A DNA stretch of 64,000 nucleotides, taken from IMG/VR virus record IMGVR_UViG_3300030109_006161, positions 1 through 64,000 of that record, one strand, 5' to 3'. This document shows, piece after piece, positions 32,601 through 41,249 of this stretch (position 1 is the stretch's first letter; the number at the start of each line of letters is the position of its first letter). Position numbers and translations under genes: made by a program. Under the pieces are notes generated by a model, which did not search any database, was not told the DNA's origin, and saw only the letters and a program-made list of their open reading frames with translations. Source of the DNA: a virus.

Positions 32601-32740
32601 TCATGTATGGCATCAATTATAAGTTTACTATTATCATCATCATAAGAATATCCCGCACCACGACGAGCGTTGTCATCAAACCGGTTTGGGTATGGGTTGA
32701 TTATTCTTTTTTGATTTTCTGATAATTTTGAGAAAGTCAT
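26657..32740 (-). CDS. giant hypothetical protein (structural block)
   Basis: 2027-aa uninterrupted ORF between the spike-like gene and gp25. Appears helix-rich. Confidence 0.5.
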   Translation of the reverse strand: MTFSKLSENQKRIINPYPNRFDDNARRGAGYSYDDDNSKLIIDAIHESYLYFYKFPGVGTEVSGLENVSVSVEDLRAYFALYPQNGKITVVNGISQPQPISVTESIQELRNLANLLRENGVYEKYSSETSPEFYLREYELEQDLAKLIAIPENHSRVYKNKLRRSLGLPETQYSEDVGLDLLELPPDISTYVGSDTNVDLYDWRKNCEPGTEPVRVYYNSADNNYYFVARTNILSNDLIGTLSAMRKMKREFELQSDEDRYIRLFEDAPITQEDIDNIWIESSDQVKNNYSRIINRAIKEILKITGRYSQENLSAVSNSIGLPPRQFPLMTYKDARPGSRWTYAIKIPAFRITSLSVDESSEYNQPSYQEYELRPLQKARRIIGDPSLAPTVPRNKSTFSASFTVEELLRNLTYVRLMLREYDADLFDSNITPELISNINLEKEVDRLNSFFDLLALFYNYNQISVQDEDRIEMFFSDDYTLDHICINGSFYSHGCGNRAYINSNEEIVRVLDAFSLLTATSYSFIRFSTEIYESATVKSQSNKQDVLSFLSQYAYPKVDVDAIEVERAVQEERKNLIDLRRKNVFQKLTQLSTPENAVLYERLFSQRPLRYKIASTLSNIDCDTGQAKAAKYALAFWQAFNSKTRVRSMIRQAIIVLREEAIMSAEQQRFLANAQAYSENPDRIRQDIEREINQQIFCSLDVLGDLIEDQFLDPIGAPPVTKDLVRTTLDKPVKIELKKSGMLGLKTKQSSIYQKAIETIILNFLKSIVAGIAKDVLNAVLGCAPEADQLTDPVRHYDYGLADIRDYVDQVDLVAAAEKVGIYNFKREVVGGIEEVTKEPPTISQLRSFIRDVSNMVTPIEAQRLLDGELPNEILEHLYENLGNPQTLKSFKYMRTYSQFADSTPEEVVIFPTAYDKFELTEQKIADFFLEIGAQSDGVGTEGGISPLEAYCADRDSFINPLTLQIDIQDAEAQYAAIVDDKIRKINNLCDWLRDAVRIRAELEALIASLPLMTWYDDFLKEIANLSNLLAGWLASIFDDLFGKDPAPESPFEYNMYHTRMGVELFFQIFTSLRKLPVSQVLIDQGGTEPIFITPSNYGSTVSIGNAQTRIRDQENLRVAGVEVPDWVVELFGGDPEEGGTPDSNFGEIGASQVQSHVNSFLTTAAYGPGRLPLPQYRTVTQPHYDVWDVSYYTLRHGPTSLINNIVRDLPENKIDNSENARTAEERDYLSDVSEKVFDYFFDNTNFAPYTSYTGYNLMRPKGGQNGSVKIHYTLPQQNRGILKSEYNFQGTIRKETTNFEPGRNGDRDDVDYAIYVEGISHGIYDIKIDENYDLIMTNRQNNSQLRMPSNHTVDFQNTYGNYSIGMPTSVAAIADDPTSSGSRDIDCVVMNNYRLRVDNTINKEVSIPRAKRTMPQYVTALNREPLEQSDDPCIEAEMLFKAQSAIQVIQTRLQRSLVNMMPLVTVYPSWGSTGTMMMLTDYFTRKIKAELESREILGAFYSSIPVVQEVYPRLNPGDENYEEKFKNNPLITDDNTPEQNMFSIVQSVLHGMMKNLSKFASRHVNRSIFVDGNENFNRYKRMLAKFYRSMDAALDPGAGPGRSQDHFGVPQPQRNSVRTILSSCYTLNDDDEIDDVTELGLKIGTYYFPISFQIASYLIWYDTGIKFAERYSDTYFRFELEIAGSDDNLLTAVKGQLVSKFSSLYTGFPVTVPAYSGDRDITYYNIDQVKAREQYLDTLLSDDDGLTDLGLISINDFLSLRGNELLETFPDTFAVKNLTGRTVQGQVITPDPGTAEAIQRIALDDFAFVAPSLLRLFDPANRRAGEGQFLSQDEYDRAQAAINDPNRVRGPNSLNDDIIYGTTNNIYRFGHYAVTHTIADAVYKIGQGMPGVIESSEDLLRFTPTENSPDIYFEQVSRIYNVFGNYFLGNYGLYLVGLSDDREDPNRYLYYRNNLPISDQYQQAAGGNVGIRDPRTDFFRQKTGKLITRDFFRTGAPERYSTIVRSVADIRTESIELLRLIRSNE

Positions 32741-32748
32741 TGTTTTAC

Positions 32749-33870
32749 CTAGTTTACGTTATTGAATCTACTTCTGAAATCAAAAGCTGCAATTGGATTA
32801 CTTTTACTATAATTCAACTTGTGATAAACAAAGTTTTTTTCCTGAATTGATAAGTTTATTATTTCAATAGGTAGTCTCTTCACTAATAATGATAACTTTG
32901 CAGCAGATGCGGCACCTGCACCAGGGACAAGGGCAGCAACAGCAGAGGTTAGTAACTCTAGTGTAAAAGCGGCTGACCCATGAAGATCTGTTATTAGGTC
33001 CACCAAATTATCCAGGACCTTTGCCAAATCATCTCCCTTAACCATTGGCTGTAAATCACTATCATTATTACCAGCAATAATATCAATTCCTTGAATGTTA
33101 TCACCAATAAACATTCCAGAGGCTCCGTTATATGTGTCAGTGCTAGTTACAAGTTTGATACCTTCACGTCCTATAATACGAACTGAATCTGCCTTGATTG
33201 CTATAGCAGACCTGTTCGTTAGGCTACCCACTTTTCCTTTTGCTAGTCCAAAATATTCTTTGGAGTCGATGTCCGCACGCTGTGAGATATAAATACGGGC
33301 TGCATCTAATTGAGGATCTTTGTTAGTAAGAACTCGCTGACCCTTTGGTCCGACTTCCCTAGCTAATATACCAGATAAACCAGCTATTATATCAATACAA
33401 CCAACATGAGTATTTGGCTTAGACCCTTTACCCTTTTCCATGGTGCTAGGTCTGTCCTTGCCCATAATAATGATTGTGTTATGTTGTCCTTTTATAACAT
33501 TTTCGGTGCTTGCCACATTATAATCAGGGTTAGGTTCAATTATAGGCTGTTGGTTGTACCCAGAATGAGTTCTTCCTTCACGGACCCCCAAATCTTCTTT
33601 AAGTGCTTTTTTTGCACCACTAAGCAATGAGTTGGTGATGGTTGGTCTGGTCGGTCCTGATCCTGGGAGCGGTTGCGGCGCTCTTTTTCTGACAGGAGCA
33701 GTTGGCGTTCTCTGAAAAGACAAGTTGCCAGCTTCATCGTTAGAATATTTATTTGCTAACTCCTCAGCACGAGCACTTATTTCAGCCTCTGATGCCTCCG
33801 GGTTATTTACAAACTCCCTCATGAAGTCATTAAGTTCCTCCTGAGTTAGTTCCTGAGGTCCATTACTCAT
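32749..33870 (-). CDS. putative baseplate hub/spike protein (gp5 C-terminal-like)
   Basis: Start at 33870 through a TAATG overlap with the upstream stop. Short beta repeats AIAIKADSVRIIGREGIKLVT and QPMVKGDDL. Confidence 0.5.
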   Translation of the reverse strand: MSNGPQELTQEELNDFMREFVNNPEASEAEISARAEELANKYSNDEAGNLSFQRTPTAPVRKRAPQPLPGSGPTRPTITNSLLSGAKKALKEDLGVREGRTHSGYNQQPIIEPNPDYNVASTENVIKGQHNTIIIMGKDRPSTMEKGKGSKPNTHVGCIDIIAGLSGILAREVGPKGQRVLTNKDPQLDAARIYISQRADIDSKEYFGLAKGKVGSLTNRSAIAIKADSVRIIGREGIKLVTSTDTYNGASGMFIGDNIQGIDIIAGNNDSDLQPMVKGDDLAKVLDNLVDLITDLHGSAAFTLELLTSAVAALVPGAGAASAAKLSLLVKRLPIEIINLSIQEKNFVYHKLNYSKSNPIAAFDFRSRFNNVN

Positions 33871-35072
33871 TAGAGAACCCTCCACCACTTCATTTGCATG
33901 AATTGTTTTGGATCTATATAACTAGACTTATCACTTGGACTTCCAGTAATCCACTCAAAGTGTAAATGTGGGGCGGTTATACGACCTGAGCCGGCAGATA
34001 TTCCCAGCAGTGAGCCTCTAAATACTTTTTGACCTGCTTTTACCAGCGGGATTCTCTCTGGATCTTGAAGGTGGCAATACCTTAGATAAAATGTTTGAGG
34101 ATCCGTACCTGGACCATATTGACTGTAGGCATCATACTTAACCAAAACATAATTACCCCAACCTGATTGATATTTGATAGCTTCGACTGTTCCATCAAAA
34201 CAGGAAATAATAAGATTACCTAACTTAGCCCTCATGTCAACGCCTCGATGCATTGCAGTCTTTGCTTCTGATTCACCTCTTGCTCTGAGCGTTCTCATGC
34301 CAAAGGCAGATCCATAAACTTTACTATTTGTTATAACAGGCCATTTTGGAGATTCTCCTGGGGAAGATACTCCAGCCTCGGATAAGGGGCTTCCAGATTC
34401 AGGGTTAGTAAATTCTAATTTTTTAACAATTCCACAATCTTCAATCGCAATTTGTTGACCGGGCTCAGGAAGAGGGGGCAATGATAAGATGCACTTATCT
34501 CCAAAAGTTTCCTCTATATATCCCCCGGAATTACGCCAAACTTGAACTACTCTACCCACCTCTGAATTACTAGAAAATTGTGTAGCAGGGTTATTAAATT
34601 CAACGGATACCAAGGTACCAAATTTTAGTAGTTGTGACCCCTCCGATACATTGTGTACTACTAGTGGGTGAAAACCTGTCGCTGGGTCATTCTCATCATT
34701 CGGGACTGGTATCCAAAAATGACGTGGATCTGAAAGAACTCTAACCCTAACCAGTTGGATATTTTTACTGGGGTCATCTTTTTTGATAACATCAACCAGC
34801 GGAGAGCGAAGTTCATCGACTGCAACTACAACAGCATATTTTGCGACTTTCAATTCAGCAGTTATATTAGGAGTATAATTTTTCTGTATTATATGCCGAA
34901 GAGCCTCAATCGGGCTTGTTATATCTGCATCATAAAATTCAGTACCTATTGCAGGACCAGTTTCAGTTTCCTCTAGAAAATGCTTGATGCCCTCTTTAGA
35001 TATCACATCTTTTTTATAAGAAGATTGCATTTTTTCAAGATTTTTAGTTATTGCTTTACCTAAGGTACTCAT
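33870..35072 (-). CDS. baseplate-associated M23-family peptidoglycan endopeptidase
   Basis: M23 motifs HRGVD, GWGNYV, YCHL and PHLHFE. The N-terminal region is a possible gp5-like OB fold. Confidence 0.8.
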   Translation of the reverse strand: MSTLGKAITKNLEKMQSSYKKDVISKEGIKHFLEETETGPAIGTEFYDADITSPIEALRHIIQKNYTPNITAELKVAKYAVVVAVDELRSPLVDVIKKDDPSKNIQLVRVRVLSDPRHFWIPVPNDENDPATGFHPLVVHNVSEGSQLLKFGTLVSVEFNNPATQFSSNSEVGRVVQVWRNSGGYIEETFGDKCILSLPPLPEPGQQIAIEDCGIVKKLEFTNPESGSPLSEAGVSSPGESPKWPVITNSKVYGSAFGMRTLRARGESEAKTAMHRGVDMRAKLGNLIISCFDGTVEAIKYQSGWGNYVLVKYDAYSQYGPGTDPQTFYLRYCHLQDPERIPLVKAGQKVFRGSLLGISAGSGRITAPHLHFEWITGSPSDKSSYIDPKQFMQMKWWRVL

Positions 35073-35073
35073 A

Positions 35074-35364
35074 TTATTCGTCCTTCAGTATATCGAACAA
35101 CTGGTTTTTGTCATCATCTGATAAACCAGTTTGGGATGAACTATGATCTTTCTTGTAAACTAAGTTAGCTAGCTTCACTAACTGTTCGTTGCTTCTCTGT
35201 AGTGTTTCTACAAATTTTGCTGCGGTGGCACCAGAGTCTGAGTATCTTTCTCTGGATACGTTCATGTACTCTTTTAAGTTATCAAGCAACAACTCTGTCT
35301 CTTGGCGATCCTTATGGATATTCTCAAGAGCTTGTTCTATTAGGGCATTAAGGTCTTTTTTCAT
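35074..35364 (-). CDS. hypothetical helical protein, first gene of the structural block
   Basis: 96-aa ORF, tightly packed, preceded by the candidate late motif. Confidence 0.6.
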   Translation of the reverse strand: MKKDLNALIEQALENIHKDRQETELLLDNLKEYMNVSRERYSDSGATAAKFVETLQRSNEQLVKLANLVYKKDHSSSQTGLSDDDKNQLFDILKDE

Positions 35365-35368
35365 ACAA

Positions 35369-35375
35369 TAAATAG
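35369..35375 (-). promoter_or_regulatory. candidate phage late promoter CTATTTA at the head of the structural block
   Basis: 4 nt upstream of ATG 35364 with no SD. Lies in a 15-nt gap after the sigma-like gene. Confidence 0.55.
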
Positions 35376-35379
35376 AGGG

Positions 35380-36066
35380 CTAGTTAAATTCTCCTTCGTT
35401 CCATTTCTTTTTGAAAATTTTATATCTTTCCCTCATTTTATTCAAAGCACTAACTATTTGCTTTGTATTGAGACCGGTTATCTCCCTCATGTATAGATAA
35501 ATTGCCTTTTTATTGAAAATTTCTATCTGCTCTATGTTTTCCATCAAAGTAATAACAGCGTTGAGAACCTTCTCCTCGTTTGGCTTCAGTTTAAGTTTTT
35601 GCCATCCACTGACTTCGCCAAGAAGTGATTCCCAAAATTGACGTTCTTCGATTCCCATCTCTAGATCTACTGTATTATTTTGATCTATTATTTCAACTTC
35701 CCTGATCATTGAATCATAAGGGATTTCTCTTTTGTTCTTTTTAGTTTGTTTCTTAGCCTTATGAGTAAACCAGTTTTTTGTTACTACTGAAAAATACGAA
35801 AAAGCTTTCTTATTTTTTGAGGGGTCAAACTTACTGAGAATTGTTGTGAGCCATATTTTACAGTCGTCTTTATGATGTTCTACATTCTCCAAAGATGTAA
35901 ACTTATAAGTGTAAACAATCTTATTAACAAGCTCATCAAATGCTGGCTGGATGTGTTCTATATAAAGTTCTGATCTTATGCTCGTATCCTCTGTGGCACA
36001 GTAATTTATTATTGCTTCTTCCGTCTTTTCTGTAAAATAATAATTCTTTTTCTTCGTTCTACTCAT
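35380..36066 (-). CDS. phage sigma factor-like protein (T4 gp55-like, sigma region 2)
   Basis: LSKFDPSKNKKAFSYFSVVTKNWF matches the region 2.3 pattern FDP..K..F(S/A)Y. C-terminal HTH-like REITGLNTKQIVSALNKMR. Confidence 0.65.
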   Translation of the reverse strand: MSRTKKKNYYFTEKTEEAIINYCATEDTSIRSELYIEHIQPAFDELVNKIVYTYKFTSLENVEHHKDDCKIWLTTILSKFDPSKNKKAFSYFSVVTKNWFTHKAKKQTKKNKREIPYDSMIREVEIIDQNNTVDLEMGIEERQFWESLLGEVSGWQKLKLKPNEEKVLNAVITLMENIEQIEIFNKKAIYLYMREITGLNTKQIVSALNKMRERYKIFKKKWNEGEFN

Positions 36067-36358
36067 CAGGTAACTCCGTACCTGATAACTGATTGCTATT
36101 GATAAATTCCTCTATCATATTAGCAGTGCCTGTTGTGTGTTTCATAAGTGACTCCAAGACTGGTTCTCCAAAAAATATATCTCTATTGTAAACATCCTCT
36201 AAATGTTCTTCATATTCTGCTAGTGAAAATAGTAGTTCTTTAGTATCATCACCAATATGAGATAGATAATTTAAAAGCTTCTTGCAATACCAAGCTAAGA
36301 CGCCATTCGCAATTATAGATATAACTAAAAATATACAAAGTAACCAAGTGCTTATCAT
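36059..36358 (-). CDS. small membrane-anchored protein
   Basis: 99 aa with an N-terminal hydrophobic helix (WLLCIFLVISIIANGVLAWY). Confidence 0.6.
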   Translation of the reverse strand: MISTWLLCIFLVISIIANGVLAWYCKKLLNYLSHIGDDTKELLFSLAEYEEHLEDVYNRDIFFGEPVLESLMKHTTGTANMIEEFINSNQLSGTELPDE

Positions 36359-36615
36359 TTTTTATAAACTTTCTTACTCAATTTCTTCTTGTACTCTTTT
36401 AATTCACTTTTGCCGTCTTCTATAGCTGTTTGAACTTTAGTACCTACCTTCTCTTTGTTATTATAACATTTTTTTGTCACTCGTAAAACATTAGATAAAT
36501 TTTTCTTGATATTCTGCGATTTGCAGAAAGTACATTGTATATTTTTTTCTTTGTATGAGTGCCGAATATCAAAATTTTCTTCACACTCTAAACAAGTATA
36601 ATTGTATAGGGGCAC
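36355..36615 (-). CDS. FmdB-family zinc-ribbon protein
   Basis: MPLYNYTCLEC...F...CTFCKS (CxxC..CxxC). GTG start. Confidence 0.8.
   Translation of the reverse strand: MPLYNYTCLECEENFDIRHSYKEKNIQCTFCKSQNIKKNLSNVLRVTKKCYNNKEKVGTKVQTAIEDGKSELKEYKKKLSKKVYKK
36460..36487 (-). promoter_or_regulatory. sigma70-type promoter inside the zinc-ribbon gene, pointing to the sigma-like gene
   Basis: TTTACG-N16-TATAAT with a perfect extended -10 (TGTTATAAT). Confidence 0.45.
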
Positions 36616-36809
36616 TATTCTGTTGCTACTTCAAAACCTTGATTAGCTTGAGTGTCACCAAAAGATGGTGGATTTGTTACAACCACCTCGCCTGTTTCAT
36701 TGATTTCTAAATTCCAATCAGATAAAAGCTCGGTAATATCAGATTCCTCAGCTAAGCATTTCTGCAAAGTCATCAAAAGAGCGCCAATTGCTTGATTAGA
36801 TAGTTTCAT
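36615..36809 (-). CDS. hypothetical protein
   Basis: 64-aa ORF overlapping both neighbours. AGGAG SD upstream. Confidence 0.6.
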   Translation of the reverse strand: MKLSNQAIGALLMTLQKCLAEESDITELLSDWNLEINETGEVVVTNPPSFGDTQANQGFEVATE

Positions 36810-37767
36810 TTATTTTCTCCTTATCCTTATCATACATAAGTTTTGCTAATTGTTTAAATGTAGTTTCAGGTTCCCATCCTAATATTTCTTTAGCCTTAGT
36901 TGAGTCACCTAGAAGATAGGGCACTTCATGGGGTCGAAATAATCTAGGGTCAATCTCTACATATTTATCAATATCTAAACCAGCATATTCGAAAACAACT
37001 TTTAAAAATTCAGATACTGTGTGAGTTTCTCCTGTAGCGATAACAAAATCGTCAGGCTCCTCCTGCTGGAGCATAAGCCACATGGCTTTTACATAGTCTC
37101 CTGCAAAACCCCAATCTCTGTGGGCTTCAAGATTTCCAAGACGAAGTTTATCTTGCAATCCATGTTTTATTCTAGCGGCGGCGAGGGTTATCTTCCTTGT
37201 TACAAATGTTTCTCCACGGCGAGGAGATTCATGGTTGAATAAAATACCACTGCAAGCAAAAAGTCCATATGATTCTCGATAGTTCCTTACTAAATTATGA
37301 GCGAACAGTTTAGCACAAGCATATGGGGATGCTGGTGTCATGCGAGATGTTTCCGTGAATGGGTATTCCTCACTGTCACCATACATTTCCGAGGATGATG
37401 CTTGGTATAATTTACACTCTGGTCTAATAGTCCTTATAGCCTCAAGGATTCTCAATGTTCCCATAGCGATACCATCCACTGTATTCTCGGGAATATCAAA
37501 AGAAACCCTAACATGAGACTGAGCGCCCAGGTTGTAAAACTCATCTGGTTCATAATTTATAAGAAGTCGATATAATGAACCAACATCATTTAGATCATAA
37601 TATTCTAGTATAAAATTTTCGTTATCGTATATATGATCAATACGATCCGTACAAATCATAGAGGTGCGACGTTTAGCGCCAATAACTCTATACCCTTTTT
37701 CTAAAAGAAGTTCTGCTAAATACGAACCGTCTTGTCCGGTAACCCCAGTAACAATAGCTGTTTTCAT
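36796..37767 (-). CDS. gmd: GDP-mannose 4,6-dehydratase
   Basis: [57 protein letters not shown]. Confidence 0.95.
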   Translation of the reverse strand: MKTAIVTGVTGQDGSYLAELLLEKGYRVIGAKRRTSMICTDRIDHIYDNENFILEYYDLNDVGSLYRLLINYEPDEFYNLGAQSHVRVSFDIPENTVDGIAMGTLRILEAIRTIRPECKLYQASSSEMYGDSEEYPFTETSRMTPASPYACAKLFAHNLVRNYRESYGLFACSGILFNHESPRRGETFVTRKITLAAARIKHGLQDKLRLGNLEAHRDWGFAGDYVKAMWLMLQQEEPDDFVIATGETHTVSEFLKVVFEYAGLDIDKYVEIDPRLFRPHEVPYLLGDSTKAKEILGWEPETTFKQLAKLMYDKDKEKINETI

Positions 37768-38630
37768 TGTAGTTCCTTTTTCAGGTTCTCAAAACATTCA
37801 GCAATACCTTGCCTAATGTCTATTTTAGCATTCCATCCTAGATTATTTAATGGCTCAATATCTGCCTGAGTGAAGAGAATATCCCCCGGTCGATCTGGAA
37901 CATATTCAAATTCAATGTCTGGAAAGTATTCTAGTACTATTTTCTTTATCTCATTTAGTGATATGTTTTTTCCGGTACCAATATCAAAATATTGTCCGTG
38001 AAAATCTGCTTCTGATTGCATTGCAAAGATATTGGCGCTAACCACATCTCTTACATTCACCATATCCCTTCTTTGTTCTCCGTCGCCAGTAATAAATGGA
38101 TTCTTTCCGTCCCTAATATATTGCATATAGTTCGAAATAGCTGTCGCATATGGACCTAGTGCCGACTGATCTGGAGAGTATACATTAAAGTATCTTAAAG
38201 TAACAGTATCAATATTAAATACTTTTGCATACAGCAAACATTCCATTTCAGACACTAACTTCTGGAGTCCGTATGGGCTGTTTGGACTCTTACCATCGCC
38301 AACTACAGAAGATGAACCAGAGTAAATAACCCTTTTTGCTTTGACTTTGTTTGCAAAATCAAGAACTTTAGTAGTAGCCAGAACATTATTTGTCATGGTT
38401 TCTACAGGGTATTCCATACTATAAGCTACCCTTGGGATGCACGCCATATGGAAAATAACTTCTGGTTTAAATAATTCATAGGATTTATCCTTCTGGAACA
38501 CTGTAAGAAGATCTTGACTTGGATCATTCTTGTAGTCTATTCCTATAACCTCATGTCCTTGGTCTCTCAACTCCCTACACAGGTGAGTACCAATATAACC
38601 TTGGTGACCTGTAACTAAACATCTAGTCAT
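37764..38630 (-). CDS. NAD-dependent nucleotide-sugar epimerase/dehydratase
   Basis: [15 protein letters not shown] (YxxxK), [15 protein letters not shown]. Confidence 0.88.
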   Translation of the reverse strand: MTRCLVTGHQGYIGTHLCRELRDQGHEVIGIDYKNDPSQDLLTVFQKDKSYELFKPEVIFHMACIPRVAYSMEYPVETMTNNVLATTKVLDFANKVKAKRVIYSGSSSVVGDGKSPNSPYGLQKLVSEMECLLYAKVFNIDTVTLRYFNVYSPDQSALGPYATAISNYMQYIRDGKNPFITGDGEQRRDMVNVRDVVSANIFAMQSEADFHGQYFDIGTGKNISLNEIKKIVLEYFPDIEFEYVPDRPGDILFTQADIEPLNNLGWNAKIDIRQGIAECFENLKKELQ

Positions 38631-39558
38631 TTGTTTTACCTCTTATGTTAGGGTAATTATCTACAAACCACTCACAAGACTTTTTTATTCCTGTATCGAA
38701 TTTAGTATATTTATTTTCATCCCACCCTAAATCGAGTAAGTTTTTATTACTGCTTGGTTTTCTGAATTGTCCGTTTGGCATATTAGGATTCCAGGCAATT
38801 TCTCCTTGATATCCTAAATTACTACACAAAGATTCAGCAACCTCTCGAATAGAGAGTTCATCTGTGTACCCTATGTTTATCGGTTCAGATTCATCATAGT
38901 TGTCAATTAAGTAAAATAAAATTTCTGCAATGTCGAGAGAATAAGTAAACTCACGCCTTGGTGATCCATCACCCCACACTTCCACGGTGGGTTCGTCGTT
39001 TAGTTTTGCCTCATATATTCGCCTCATAAGGGCAGGTATGACATGCCCATCTTCAAGGTGGTAGTTATCATTCTCGCCATATAGGTTGTTAGGAATAGCA
39101 CACATAAAGTTACAGCCATATTGTTGGCGATATGCCCTGCTTTGCACTTCGATCATTCTTTTAGAGTATGCGTACCCAAAATTAGATGAGTGAGGAGGTC
39201 CTAAGTGTAATTGCTCCTCAGTAATTGGATATGTTACACTGTCTGGATAGACGCAAGTAGAAAGCATCGATACAACTTTGCTAACACCAGAAAGCATACT
39301 TGAGTGTAAAACATTTGAATTTATCTTACAATTTTCAGTAAAAAATTCACCAACGTAATCTGTATTTGCTTTTACTCCGCCGACACGAGCAGCTAAATGT
39401 ATAACTGTATCATAATGACCACTCTTCATAAAATCTAGAACTTCTTCTTCATTTACAAGATCAAGTTCGCCCCTAGTTGGAAAGTCTGCATCAGGCTTAA
39501 CTTGTTTTATAGCATGACCTACCATGCCAGCACCACCAGTGACTAATATTTTACTCAT
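38623..39558 (-). CDS. fcl: GDP-L-fucose synthase (epimerase-reductase)
   Basis: TGGAGMVG, HLAARVGG, STCVYP, YAYSK, PNNLYG..HVIPAL, WGDGSPRREF. Confidence 0.88.
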   Translation of the reverse strand: MSKILVTGGAGMVGHAIKQVKPDADFPTRGELDLVNEEEVLDFMKSGHYDTVIHLAARVGGVKANTDYVGEFFTENCKINSNVLHSSMLSGVSKVVSMLSTCVYPDSVTYPITEEQLHLGPPHSSNFGYAYSKRMIEVQSRAYRQQYGCNFMCAIPNNLYGENDNYHLEDGHVIPALMRRIYEAKLNDEPTVEVWGDGSPRREFTYSLDIAEILFYLIDNYDESEPINIGYTDELSIREVAESLCSNLGYQGEIAWNPNMPNGQFRKPSSNKNLLDLGWDENKYTKFDTGIKKSCEWFVDNYPNIRGKTND

Positions 39559-40420
39559 CGATAACTGCCCTGCCTTTTAGTTTTTCCCAGTCTTTCTCTG
39601 GTCTTACTTCTAAATTTTTTTCCCAGACTGCTTGTAGAACTTTCGGGGTAACGCCAATTTGCTGCATGATGTAAATCATGGCATTAACATCTTTGGGAAA
39701 ACACGATCCACCAAAACCTTTCTTGCCATCTGGACCTGGTACAGAAAAATGACTAGTACCTATTCTAGTATCATATACCGAGGCTTCCACAACTCTATTG
39801 TAGTCTGCATTTAGACTGTCACATAGCTGTCTCATTTCATTGGCAAACGAAACTTTAGTAGCCAGGTAGCAGTTGCAAAAATATTTGGTTATTTCTGCTT
39901 CTAAAGACCCACATATAACATAGGGGACTTCTGGGAATTGTCTCATATACATTGCCTTAATGGTTTCCAAAGATGATTTACACTTATCCCCGCCTAAAAC
40001 AATTCTTTTTTGGTTCTTGAAATCTTCTATATGATTTGCTTCCGTTAGAAACTCAGGATTGAAGATTACATCTACAGTTTGAGATGACTCTTGTTGTAGT
40101 CTTTGTGTTGTTCCAGGAGGAACCGTTGACTTTATAACAATAATTTTACTTCCGTAACGGTTGGCATTTGCAATACCGTCTATTTGAAGAACTGTCTGTT
40201 CCACAAGTGATGTATCACATGATCCGTCCTGTCTCATTGGAGTAGGAAGGCAAACAAAAAGTATATTAGATTTAGATACCAACTCCTCTAAATTATTGAC
40301 GGTCGATAAATCTTGATTGTATTTATCATACGTTTCAACTTTATTTTTTTCACATAAGCCTGTCCTGATGGAAGATCCAACAAAACCACAGCCAATTATT
40401 CCTACTGTTGTATTACTCAT
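39551..40420 (-). CDS. UDP-glucose/GDP-mannose 6-dehydrogenase family (short form)
   Basis: GCGFVG, CLPTP, KSTVPPGTT, NPEFL, catalytic GFGGSCFPKD. Lacks the usual C-terminal domain. Start 40420 follows GGGAG. Confidence 0.88.
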   Translation of the reverse strand: MSNTTVGIIGCGFVGSSIRTGLCEKNKVETYDKYNQDLSTVNNLEELVSKSNILFVCLPTPMRQDGSCDTSLVEQTVLQIDGIANANRYGSKIIVIKSTVPPGTTQRLQQESSQTVDVIFNPEFLTEANHIEDFKNQKRIVLGGDKCKSSLETIKAMYMRQFPEVPYVICGSLEAEITKYFCNCYLATKVSFANEMRQLCDSLNADYNRVVEASVYDTRIGTSHFSVPGPDGKKGFGGSCFPKDVNAMIYIMQQIGVTPKVLQAVWEKNLEVRPEKDWEKLKGRAVIDE

Positions 40421-40421
40421 A

Positions 40422-41249
40422 TTACTCCCATCGAAACCATCCGTCAAAATTTACTTGACTTAGGTTCTTATTCGAGGTTCCCTTCCAGGGTCGCCAGGGA
40501 CCATACACACCAACTTTGGATGCGTCACTTAATGCTGAAGCCCACCACCCAAGTGTCCCATGTTGAAACATTATATTATCAAAAGATCTTATAAAATTAA
40601 AGTCTTCTACAATTGTTCTTTTTTCCATAATTGGTTTATACTCTGCAAAACCCTCAATGAATGAATTGAAATAATCCACCGACTCTTGGGGCGATACTCT
40701 ATTTTCAGCAGGAACATTATAGTGAAAACTCATATTAGCCAATTCTGTCTCGCTTACAAAATCCCACTTAGGCATATCAGTTACAATGTGAAGTTTTTCA
40801 AAATCAAACTTTTCTATTGCACGCTTATAACTATCTACTTGTGGTTTGGAATGAAATTCGTTCTTATAGAATAATCTATCTCCAGCCCTAAAATGTATAA
40901 CTAAATCTTTATCTTTTCTCTTCTCTACTTTTGGATACCAAGATTTTATCTTATCAATGTCGTCATGAAAATGTTGGTAGTTTTCGAAATAACCAGATAG
41001 TATAAATGTCTCGTCTTTGTATTTTTTATCAAAACACATTTTGTATGCGGGCTCAGAAACCATAATCCCAGAGACAGCAGAACTATCTATAAACTTCAAT
41101 CCTAAAGATTGTAAAGATGATATAGCATAATAATCTGGTGCTGGTGGGACACAATATGTTTCTTGTCCTAAATAATCTGCCAGTAATCGAGCAGCATTAT
41201 ACTGAAACAAGTTATTACCAAAACCATTTGTTAGTCTAACGCAAACCAT
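40422..41249 (-). CDS. GT11 alpha-1,2-fucosyltransferase-like protein
   Basis: GFGNNLFQY, IHFRAGD, TLGWWASAL. Confidence 0.82.
   Translation of the reverse strand: MVCVRLTNGFGNNLFQYNAARLLADYLGQETYCVPPAPDYYAISSLQSLGLKFIDSSAVSGIMVSEPAYKMCFDKKYKDETFILSGYFENYQHFHDDIDKIKSWYPKVEKRKDKDLVIHFRAGDRLFYKNEFHSKPQVDSYKRAIEKFDFEKLHIVTDMPKWDFVSETELANMSFHYNVPAENRVSPQESVDYFNSFIEGFAEYKPIMEKRTIVEDFNFIRSFDNIMFQHGTLGWWASALSDASKVGVYGPWRPWKGTSNKNLSQVNFDGWFRWE

Noticed and set aside
2584-35382. TAG recoding or read-through, suggested by in-frame TAG junctions at 2596, 8108 and 35380
   Set aside because: Other TAG stops (32749, 47299, 53151, 54767) are followed by genes in different frames, recognisable enzymes are uninterrupted in the standard code, and one in three junctions is in frame by chance.
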